Part shown: one piece after another, positions 18,464-26,409 of the stretch | Layout of the letters: each line of letters opens with the position of its first letter | Position numbering within the stretch: position 1 is the stretch's first letter | Assembly (NCBI GenBank): GCA_963707915.1 | Contig: OY970178.1 | Location: 3,136,001-3,200,000, forward strand | Direction: 5' to 3' | Origin: Candidatus Eiseniibacteriota bacterium | Lineage (GTDB): Bacteria > Eisenbacteria > RBG-16-71-46 | DNA: 64,000 bases | The notes under the pieces: model-generated | Seen by the model: only the letters and a program-made list of their open reading frames with translations | Told to the model about the DNA's origin: nothing | Databases searched by the model: none | Translations under genes and position numbers: made by a program

Positions 18464-19277
18464 ACGATGCCCGACGCTGCGCGAGCTCCTCGCGCTGGTG
18501 GACCGCGTGCCCGGTGGCGACGCCGCCCACGGCGTGAGCGGCGCCCCGAGCCAGCCGCCGCCGATCCCCACCGACGCGGGCGCCTCCAACCCGCCGCTCC
18601 CGGATGACACCTGGGCGCACGTCCGCAGTTGTCCGCGGTGCCGGAGTCTGCTGGCGGCCTACCACGAGTTCGAGTCGCCGCAGGTCCGAGATCGCTGCGA
18701 GGGCGAGCCCGAGGCAGTGGCGCGCCTGGGCGCATTCCTCGAGTCGATGATCGTCGGGCCCGGCGCCGCCCCGACCGTGGCCGCGATCCCCGGGGCCCGA
18801 CGGCTTGCGGGTGGCAGGGCGGGGGAAGCCACGCGGGTCGGGGAGATCTTCCGTCTACTCACCGGGTCCGGCCGCCTGGTTCCCGTGGCCGGCGCGGCAG
18901 CCATCGTCGCGGCGGTGTTCCTGTTGGTGCGCGGGAACGTGGATACGGCTCTGCGCTCCACCGTGCTTCGCGAGCAGCCGGCCGAATCCGCAGTCGGCAG
19001 TATCGTCGTCTTCCCACCGCGCCCGGTTGCGGGACGCGGGCTCGAGTTGCGCTGGAGGCGCGGGGGACCCGACGACACCTACCGGGTCCGCCTGCTCGAT
19101 TCCGGGATGCGCGAGGTCGGGTGTGTGGAGGCGGGACGTGAGACGCTTCTGGTACTCGCCACGTCGGCGCTTACCGGCCCGCGCCTCCCGGTCTTCTGGC
19201 AGGTGGAAGCGCTGCGCGAGGGCGATCGCGTCGGCGATTCTCCTCCCGGCGAGCTGCCTCTGCTGCGTGGGCGGTAG
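18456..19277 (+). CDS. Putative zinc-binding anti-sigma factor (HxxxCxxC, one TM, C-terminal beta domain)
   Basis: Overlaps sigma stop; HVRSCPRC motif; TM VPVAGAAAIVAAVFLLV; C-terminal LRWR...YRVRL...FWQVEA. Confidence 0.75.
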   Translation: MTERCPTLRELLALVDRVPGGDAAHGVSGAPSQPPPIPTDAGASNPPLPDDTWAHVRSCPRCRSLLAAYHEFESPQVRDRCEGEPEAVARLGAFLESMIVGPGAAPTVAAIPGARRLAGGRAGEATRVGEIFRLLTGSGRLVPVAGAAAIVAAVFLLVRGNVDTALRSTVLREQPAESAVGSIVVFPPRPVAGRGLELRWRRGGPDDTYRVRLLDSGMREVGCVEAGRETLLVLATSALTGPRLPVFWQVEALREGDRVGDSPPGELPLLRGR

Positions 19278-19379
19278 CTCGAGTGGCGCGAGTCCCGCCG
19301 CCCCCCCTCGACCGAGCCGCCGGAGCCGTAGCCGGCGCGCGGCGCTCTGGGTGGCGTGGTTCAGCGGGGACTGAGAACT

Positions 19380-19564
19380 TGGTGCGCCGCCTAGGACTTG
19401 AACCTAGAACCTACTGATCAAGAGACTCTGATCGCCGCCAGCACGCAGCGGTTGTCGCGCAACGCACTGCGAAGAACGGCAAGAAGTTGGCCCGGGAACG
19501 AACGGGCATCTGCGGGCATCCTCGGGCACTTGAAGGGGCACGAAACGGGGAAGGTTTCCCCGCT
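19380..19564 (-). repeat. att-like direct repeat copy 1: 45-bp tRNA-Lys 3' half plus 140-bp arm
   Basis: 19380-19424 matches tRNA 25993-26037 with 1 mismatch; the full 185 bp matches 23855-24039 with 9 mismatches by manual count. Confidence 0.92.
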
Positions 19565-19685
19565 CGGATGGAATGGGGATCGCCATGTTCGCCTCGGCGT
19601 GCCCGGGTGGCGTTTCCGCAGAAATTCATGAAATGCAGTGGACATGCCACTGGATTTCTCTGCCCGCCTGGGCTAGCCTTCGGGC

Positions 19686-20855
19686 ATGTTCCGGCGCTTC
19701 CTCGACCTCCCCGCCCTTGCTGCCGAGCGGAGTTTCTTCCTGCTCGGGCCTCGCCAGACGGGCAAGTCCACGCTGTTGCGGGCCTCCTTTCCGGATGCGC
19801 TGTTTCTCGACTTGCTGGACGCGCAGACGTTCCGCTCGTTGGCGGTGGCCCCGAACCTGATCGGTGAGCGCGCGCGAGCATTGAAGGGGCGTCACCGCGT
19901 TGTCATCGTCGATGAGATCCAGAAGTTGCCCGAGCTGCTTGACGAGATTCACCGGCTCATGGAACTCGACAAGTCCCTGCGCTTCATCCTCACCGGGAGC
20001 AGCACGAGGAAGCTCCGCACTCGCGGGCGAAACCTGCTCGGTGGCAGAGCCGGGCTGGTGCGGATGCATCCGATCGCATACCCGGAGCTGGGGACTGCCA
20101 GCCGACCTCATTCCTGGGCGGACATGCTTCGATGGGGCGGGCTTCCCTCGGTGCTCGGTTCGAAGACGTCGAAGGACGATCTCCAGGCCTACGTGGGCCT
20201 CTATCTCCAGGAGGAGATCAGGGCCGAGGGGTTGGCGCGCTCCGTTCCGAACTTCAGTCGGTTCCTCGAGACCGCGGCCGCCATGAACGGCGAGACCCTG
20301 AACTACACGAAACTGGGCAACGATGCACAGCTCTCACCGCGGACCGTGCGGGACTACTTCCAGATCCTGCAGGACACGTTGGTGGGCGATCTGCTTCCTC
20401 CCTTCCAGCACACCCGCACGCGCAAGGCCGTTGCCACGGAGAAGTTCTACTTCTTCGACATCGGGATGACGAACGCTCTCGTCGAGCGTTGGGCCGTTTC
20501 GCCGCGCACGCCGGAATACGGTCGTCTGCTCGAGCACCTGGTCGAGCGCGAGATCAGGGCCTCGATGGACTACCTCAGAAACGACCGTCATCTGTTCTTC
20601 TGGCGCACGCTGTCGCGGCTGGAAGTCGACTTCGTCGTCGCGGAAGGGCAGAAGCCCGTGGTGGCGATCGAGGTGAAGGCTTCGCGGTCGGTCTCCCAGC
20701 AGGACCTCAAAGGCCTCCGGGCGTTCGCCGAAGACTGGCCGCGGGTTCGCAAGGTCGTGGTGTCGCTGGAGCCCCACCTACGCACGACGGAGGATGGCGT
20801 GGAGATCGTGCCGGTGGAGGAGTTCCTGGCTCGGCTCTGGGGTAAGGCGATTTGA
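19686..20855 (+). CDS. AAA+ ATP-binding protein with DUF4143 (nuclease-like) C-terminus
   Basis: Walker A GPRQTGKST, IVDEIQK, LTGSS, LLGGRA, KFYFFDIG, EVDFV...IEVK. Confidence 0.9.
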   Translation: MFRRFLDLPALAAERSFFLLGPRQTGKSTLLRASFPDALFLDLLDAQTFRSLAVAPNLIGERARALKGRHRVVIVDEIQKLPELLDEIHRLMELDKSLRFILTGSSTRKLRTRGRNLLGGRAGLVRMHPIAYPELGTASRPHSWADMLRWGGLPSVLGSKTSKDDLQAYVGLYLQEEIRAEGLARSVPNFSRFLETAAAMNGETLNYTKLGNDAQLSPRTVRDYFQILQDTLVGDLLPPFQHTRTRKAVATEKFYFFDIGMTNALVERWAVSPRTPEYGRLLEHLVEREIRASMDYLRNDRHLFFWRTLSRLEVDFVVAEGQKPVVAIEVKASRSVSQQDLKGLRAFAEDWPRVRKVVVSLEPHLRTTEDGVEIVPVEEFLARLWGKAI

Positions 20856-20961
20856 TGGTCTGCTGCCAGATTTCGGTCCAGCGTGGCGGGATGCCGACTA
20901 CAAGTGCATCAGCGTCGGGGGCAGGTCAGGCAGTAGTCCCCAGCTCATCTCGGAGGCCGCC

Positions 20962-21861
20962 ATGGGTATTGTGACGAAGCACAAATCACGACGTATACCT
21001 GCCAAGCTTCGAATATCATGCCTGCCACTCCTGACCTGGCTGATCGTTCTGGGTGCAGGGCTCCTGGTCACGGGCTCCACGGCCCGGGCCGCGGTCTGGG
21101 ACTTGCCCCGTCGGCCCCTGGCTGACGACGAGAAGCTCGCCCTCACGGTGAGCCAATCGGACGCGATTGTCATCGCCTGCATCCGGCAGGTGAGGGACAG
21201 CACGATCGAGCTGCGGTCCGACCCTGAGTCCGGCTCCACCGATCACGTTTCCTATGTCGACGTGGCGCTCGTCCCACTGCAGTGGCTCAAGGGCGATCCC
21301 GAACCCGGCGACCTGCACGTCGGGATGTTCCCGACGATGGACAGGGTGCTGGACGAAGTGCAGCGACGCCTCCGGGAAGGATCACTCACCGCGATGTTCT
21401 TCCTGCGGCGCTCTCCTCGGGGCTGGATGATCTCCGATGACCCGAACGGCTTCCGGACGGGAAGCCTGCTGGTTCTCGACCAGCCGACGAGCGCCACTCA
21501 TGACATCGCCGCGGTGCGGGCGGCCGTCGCCCGGCAGAGCCTCGACTCGCTCCTCGTCCGGGCGGATCTCGTTGTCGTCGGCCATCCGGACCTCACGTCG
21601 TCGCGGGTGCACGTGGACAGCGTCGTCGTGGGCGAGTCGCCGGGCGTCTCAATCCGCGTGGACAGCCCCGTCTGGGGCGTGGTCCAGCCCGGTCGGTCGG
21701 TTCTCTTCCTGCGTCGGCTGGCGCCAGACAGGTTCGAGACGCTCGACTTCTTCGCCGGCAGCGTGCCGATGAAGTCGGACTCCCTCGAGCGTCAGGGAAT
21801 CCCGCTCCAACGGCTCTTCGAGCGCGCCGCAGAGTTGCGCCGGGGTGCGGGACCGAGATGA
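20962..21861 (+). CDS. Secreted hypothetical protein with two similar beta domains
   Basis: GGAGG RBS; signal peptide ending ARA; SDAIVIA/ADLVVVG and FFLRR/LFLRR internal duplication. Confidence 0.65.
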   Translation: MGIVTKHKSRRIPAKLRISCLPLLTWLIVLGAGLLVTGSTARAAVWDLPRRPLADDEKLALTVSQSDAIVIACIRQVRDSTIELRSDPESGSTDHVSYVDVALVPLQWLKGDPEPGDLHVGMFPTMDRVLDEVQRRLREGSLTAMFFLRRSPRGWMISDDPNGFRTGSLLVLDQPTSATHDIAAVRAAVARQSLDSLLVRADLVVVGHPDLTSSRVHVDSVVVGESPGVSIRVDSPVWGVVQPGRSVLFLRRLAPDRFETLDFFAGSVPMKSDSLERQGIPLQRLFERAAELRRGAGPR

Positions 21862-23114
21862 GTGCGCCCATGAACTCCCGGAGCAGGTGCGTCTTGCTGC
21901 TCGGAATGGTCCCGTCCATGCTCCCGACCGCGGTCGCGGCCGGGACGATGGACTGAGAGGGCCCCTACGTCTGTGCTCCCTGGTACTGCTACGAGTATAA
22001 CGGGCGATACTGGTACAAACACTGGTACGGCGGTTCGTCGGAATACGTGTACGTATCCGGCTCGACGACCGGTGTCACCACCGCGGCGCTGTCAAGTGCC
22101 GCCTCGCCCGCGGTCTCGCAGTGGACCACCCGGACATACGGACTTCCCCGTCTGACGTTCTACCAGAGCACCATCGAGACGTACTCGTACGTCAAGTTCG
22201 TCTCCGACCAGACCTGGCTTGCCGCCGGGCTGAGTCCCACTGGGCGGGCGGTCACGTTCTGGGTCGAGAACGGCAATGGGACCATCGCCCATTGCCGTAT
22301 CTGGCTGCGGATTCGATCGGCTGACCAACCGGGATGGTGCGCCGATTGCAATGCGCCGGGCGCTGATTGCATCACGCCGCCCCTCAAGTACGACCTGCCA
22401 TCGATTTTGGCGCACGAGTTCGGTCACTGGTGGGTCGTAGGTGACACCTACGACCTGACCTGCGGCGAGAACATGGATCTCATGTACTGGATTGCATCGC
22501 CGGGGATCGTGAACCGCGTTCCATCATCCGAGGACGTGGCGAGCGCGCAATCACTCTACGATCAGCCTGTCGACGTGCTGGCCTCGGTCTCTCGCAGCGA
22601 TGCCACGCCGGAGAACGTCACGCTCGTCTGGTCGCTCGGGGCGGGCGTGAGTTCGGTGGTTGTCGAGCGCTGTGTGCCGGGCGCGGGATGGTCCTCGCTC
22701 GGGACGGCGAGCATCGACGGCACCGGATTCGCGAGCTATGTCGATGCGAACGTCGTGCCTGGCACCCGCTACGGATACCGGCTCCTGCTCTCGACTGGCG
22801 GCGGCGATGTGGTGGCCGGCGAGACCTGGGTGGATGTCCCGCGGTGGGAATTGACGCTCGGAGCGGTCACGCCCAACCCCTCGTGCGACGGCCTTCTGCG
22901 CCTGCACTACGTGCTCGGGGACGCGGCGCCGGCGTCGCTAGACGTGATGGACGTCGGCGGCCGATTGGCGCGGCACGTCGATGTCGGTGCCGCCGGTAGG
23001 GGGGCTCACACGGTCTGTCTGGGGGACGGCGCCCCGTTCGCCGCCGGGCTCTACTGGGTGCGCCTGAGGCAAGGCACGCGCATCCGGACGACGCGCGCCA
23101 TCGTCGTGCGATGA
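21858..23114 (+). pseudogene. Secreted metzincin-like metalloprotease with FlgD-like CTD, interrupted by in-frame TGA at 21954-21956
   Basis: ATG 21858 overlaps upstream stop; 32-aa signal-like leader, TGA, then the same frame continues to LAHEFGHWW, Met-turn-like DLMY and TPNP...AAGLYWVRL. Confidence 0.7.
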
Positions 23115-23148
23115 CCTAGGTTCTGTCCGAGCCTCCCCGGGACAATCG

Positions 23149-23177
23149 AGCCCCGGCGATCGGCGATCGCCGGGGCT
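23149..23177. terminator. Perfect 14-bp inverted repeat, probable terminator
   Basis: AGCCCCGGCGATCG-G-CGATCGCCGGGGCT about 35 bp after the protease stop. Confidence 0.55.
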
Positions 23178-23285
23178 TATCGTTCGGGGGGCTCAGCCCA
23201 GCGACGGGGGCTCGGCCACCGCCTGCGCAATGGCCGCGGCGTCTGCCTGTTCCCCGAAGTCCAGCCGCCGTGCTTCGCGGTCAGC

Positions 23286-23588
23286 GTGGAGAATGCGCCG
23301 CTCGTGGGCGCGGCCGAGCTGCGGCTGCCTGGCGCCAACCCGCGCATGGGCAGCGTCCGTTTCGGCTATCGCACGCCGCAGGTGGGACGCATCGAGGCGA
23401 GCATCCACGACATCGTGGGCCGCAAGCCGGCCCGCCCGGTGTCGGCCTGGCAGCCGGCCGGCGAGCAACTGGGCGGCTGGGATGCCTGCGACGATCGCGG
23501 CGAACGCGTTCATGCGGGCGTCTGCTTCCTGAGCGTGACCCTCGACAGCCAGCCCGTGGGCGGGAAGAAGCTCCTGATCGTGCGGTAG
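23286..23588 (+). pseudogene. Orphan, degenerate FlgD-like C-terminal domain fragment
   Basis: ANP...IHDIVGR...WDACDDRGERVHAGVCFL...KKLLIVR; no signal peptide or N-terminal domain. Confidence 0.6.
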
Positions 23589-23854
23589 CGGGGGCAGCGC
23601 GCCGGGTCGCAAATCCAGGCGGCCAGGAGCGGCGACGTTCCGCGAGAGGTTCTGAAGTTCGACGCCCAAAGACCCGACGGCGTCTTCTGCTTGCCCGGGT
23701 GCGCCTGCGCGCCGCCCCCGACCGATGACTTGGCCGCTCCCTTTGTCGGCGATGACCTCGCCAAACACGAAGCCCCGCGCCGCGTGCAGTATCGCGCACA
23801 AGCGCAGGGCGAAGGGCGGAGCGGGGAAGGTGCTCCGAGCAGCCAGAGGGAAGA

Positions 23855-24039
23855 TGGTGCGCCGCCTAGGACTTGAACCTAGAACCTACTGATTAAGAGA
23901 CTCTGACCGCCGCCAGCACGAAGCGATTGTCGCGCAACGTATTGCGAAGAACGGCAAGAAGTTGGCCCGGGAACAAACGGGCATCCGCGGGCATCCTCGG
24001 GCATTTGAAGGGGCACGAAACGGGGAAGGTTTCCCCGCT
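23855..24039 (-). repeat. att-like direct repeat copy 2: 45-bp tRNA-Lys 3' half plus 140-bp arm
   Basis: 23855-23899 is identical to tRNA 25993-26037; arm nearly identical to copy 1. Confidence 0.92.
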
Positions 24040-24317
24040 GGCTCATGACTGCACCCTCCGTGCGGTCCTGTCCCCGGGGTCCGGAGTCATGTCCCTGTGC
24101 CGGCGCGGCATCCCACACGCTAGTGATCGACCCGAGGTCGCCCTCGCGGGCGCCTCCGTTCCCTCAATCGTGGTCTGTCGGCCGGGTCGGATCTCCCATC
24201 TAGTGCACGCGGTCGCGAGAAGCGCCTCCAACGCACAATCGGAATCTCGGACCCAGCCGACATCTTGCGCCGTCACCGTCGCCAGGAACATCCCAAGAAC
24301 CCGGCGACGTGATCGTA

Positions 24318-24824
24318 CTATCGCACCAAGACCACCCCGGTGTTGGCCGTGGCCGAGCCAAGTCGGAATCTCACGACGTACTTCCCAGCAGGCATCACCG
24401 CCCCAGTCTCGCTGACTCCTGACCAGTAGTAGTCGACGCGCCCATCAACCACCGGCAGCGATCGCGAGTAGGCGCGGCGTCCGGCCGCATCGAAGACATC
24501 GACGGTTGCCAATCCCGAGCGCGCGATCGCGGCCCGCTGGTCAAGCGTGGGGTAGGTGTCGCCGCTATGCGTCAGCAGCGCCAAGTAGCCACCGATGAGG
24601 AGGACGTTCGCGATCTGGCCAGCCGTCTGCCGGGTGACGACCTTTTCCTGTGTTCCCCCGACGCCGATGTTGCCGGGATCGGTTCCGCCGTGGCCCGGGT
24701 CAATCCAGACGTCGATCTGTGCCTCGGCTCGTAGCGACCAGAGAGCTCCACTGAGCAGCAGCAGGGACGAAGACAGCGCCAGCGAGGAGAAAGACCGGAA
24801 CAGACTGCGAGAAGAGTGGATCAT
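24318..24824 (-). pseudogene. N-acetylmuramoyl-L-alanine amidase N-half fused to a partial FlgD-like CTD (probable internal deletion)
   Basis: Signal peptide, VWIDPGHGG..DPG, EK, TLDQRAAIA, then directly VDVFDAAGRR...MPAGKYVVRF; the SxHxN motif and catalytic Glu region are absent. Confidence 0.7.
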
Positions 24825-25687
24825 GACGCCCTCCCAGCCTTGGTGCCGCGTCTTGGCACCAACTCGATCACCTTCTGCCACGAGGCGTCCTCGCCGTTGC
24901 CGGAAGGCACCTCGAACAGCAGACGAGTGCGGTCAATCCAATGCGGCTCACGTTCGGCCTCAGGCGTGTCGGTCAAGCGGCACTTGCCGCCGCGCCGATC
25001 GAAGAGCCACAGATCGGCCGCGGCGACTTCCTCGTATTGATTGACGGACGTTGGCTTGGACACCACAAGTAGCCGGGAATCGGGGGACCAGCTGAAGTCG
25101 TAGTCGGCGTGAATCGAGAGCGTGTCAACGACGCGAACCTGTCCCGACGGAATGGAGACGAGCACAAGTACGCACGTCGGTCGTCCGTAGAGGACGCCTG
25201 CCACAGCGAGCGTCCGCGAATCCGGGGCCCAGCGGAACCTGGATACGAGCGCACCGAACTCAGGCCGAAGGGTGCGCCGAGATGCGACGTCGACGACGCA
25301 GAGCAGCCAGGGGCGCTGTCTCGACTCCCAGGTCGTGCACGCGATCCACTTGCCGTCGGGAGACCACCGTGGCTGGGATAGCGACCGTTCAAGCAGCGGC
25401 CGGGATGAACCTGTCGCTGAATCCTCGAGGAAGATGTGGGGGTGATGCTGCGCGTCGCTCTTGACGACGGCTTGAAGTGAACCGGGGCCTGGCGCTACCC
25501 GCGCATCATCGAGTTCGCGGAGCAGCCGATGGGTGGAGACGAAGGGGCGATCGGCGGAGGTCGCGGGCCTTCTCGTCTGCACCCTCCAATCGCACGCGCC
25601 GAGCGGCGACGCCGGGCCGGTGGCCTTGGTGGCCGCCGCCAAGAGCAGCAGGCCAGCGCTCACGATTCCTACGAAGTATCGGGCCAT
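24821..25687 (-). CDS. Secreted TolB-like (PD40) beta-propeller protein
   Basis: Signal peptide; PRWSPDGKWIA, WAPDS, WSPDS and LTDTPEAEREPHW; ATGA overlap with amidase gene. Confidence 0.8.
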   Translation of the reverse strand: MARYFVGIVSAGLLLLAAATKATGPASPLGACDWRVQTRRPATSADRPFVSTHRLLRELDDARVAPGPGSLQAVVKSDAQHHPHIFLEDSATGSSRPLLERSLSQPRWSPDGKWIACTTWESRQRPWLLCVVDVASRRTLRPEFGALVSRFRWAPDSRTLAVAGVLYGRPTCVLVLVSIPSGQVRVVDTLSIHADYDFSWSPDSRLLVVSKPTSVNQYEEVAAADLWLFDRRGGKCRLTDTPEAEREPHWIDRTRLLFEVPSGNGEDASWQKVIELVPRRGTKAGRAS

Positions 25688-25951
25688 GTTCGCCTCGCTG
25701 TCCCTCATTGCGTATTCCGGCCATCGCGAACGCTCATCGGAGCGAAGCGACGCGGGTCAGGTTGTGCCTCGCGCCTCCGTGCCTCAGGTCTGCTGCATCT
25801 TAGCGCCTCCTCGTTCTGCGCGGGTGGTCTTCCTGATGCGGGGCGGGTCATGGCGGACAGCCGGAGTGATCTGCGACCCATCGGGCCAGGGGCAGCCGTG
25901 AGCCCACGCAGGCCGTCCGCCCGTGTCACCGCGGACGGGCCGGAAACGCGA

Positions 25952-25976
25952 AGGGCCCGACCGTGGGCCGGGTCCT
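25952..25976 (-). terminator. Hairpin downstream of tRNA-Lys
   Basis: Minus strand AGGACCCGGCC-CAC-GGTCGGGCCCT, imperfect stem just 3' of the CCA end. Confidence 0.45.
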
Positions 25977-25992
25977 CGGGAGTTCGAGAAGT

Positions 25993-26068
25993 TGGTGCGC
26001 CGCCTAGGACTTGAACCTAGAACCTACTGATTAAGAGTCAGTTGCTCTACCAATTGAGCTAGCGGCGC
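25993..26068 (-). tRNA. tRNA-Lys (anticodon CTT)
   Basis: 76 nt GCGCCGCTAGCTCAATTGGTAGAGCAACTGACTCTTAATCAGTAGGTTCTAGGTTCAAGTCCTAGGCGGCGCACCA; cloverleaf, TTC loop, encoded CCA. Confidence 0.97.
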
Positions 26069-26409
26069 AACACTGGACTGCGGGGCTGCGATCGAGGGTC
26101 GGCGAGCCTGCCCGTCTCGCCACGCGTCAGGCAACGTGGACGGGAAACCTACCCGGAAACCGCCCGCCCCGCAAGCGTGCCCGCGGTCCGCGCCGAGGGA
26201 CGCCCGGCCGGGCGGGCCCGCAGGCGCGCCGGGGCGATCCCCGGGCGGTGCTCGTCCGACGCTGGCGCGCCCGCGCCTGGCTGGTAGAATCGGCGTCGCG
26301 CTCGCACGTCGCCGGCGACGGACCGGGTCGCCCCGGGGGCGCCCTGAGCGCGGTGGCATCCCCACGCGCCGGCCGGACCTCGCGGCGGACACCGGAAGGG
26401 AGTCGCTCG

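Larger units (their letters stand above)
19380..25992. mobile_element. Tandem tRNA-Lys-integrated islets (two cassettes), no integrase gene visible
   Basis: Two displaced tRNA 3' fragments; cargo looks less GC-rich than flanking core genes and includes decayed genes. Confidence 0.75.

Noticed and set aside
14895..19277. Type III-E CRISPR (Craspase) locus
   Set aside because: No Cas7-11, Csx30/Csx31-like genes or CRISPR array recognisable; only the protease-sigma logic is analogous.
3600..19379. A third att-bounded cassette covering the CHAT-sigma region
   Set aside because: I found no further tRNA fragment or arm copy to the left, so the region looks accessory but cannot be delimited.
21954..21956. 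Selenocysteine codon in the metalloprotease
   Set aside because: No convincing SECIS-like hairpin follows and the context is not a redox motif; a nonsense change or error is simpler.
19380..23899. Two extra tRNA-Lys genes
   Set aside because: Only the 3' 45 nt are present, with no D arm or 5' acceptor strand; they are att-type fragments.
19380..26068. CRISPR array or classical integron
   Set aside because: Repeats are kilobases apart and tRNA-derived; no cas genes, intI or recognisable attC sites.
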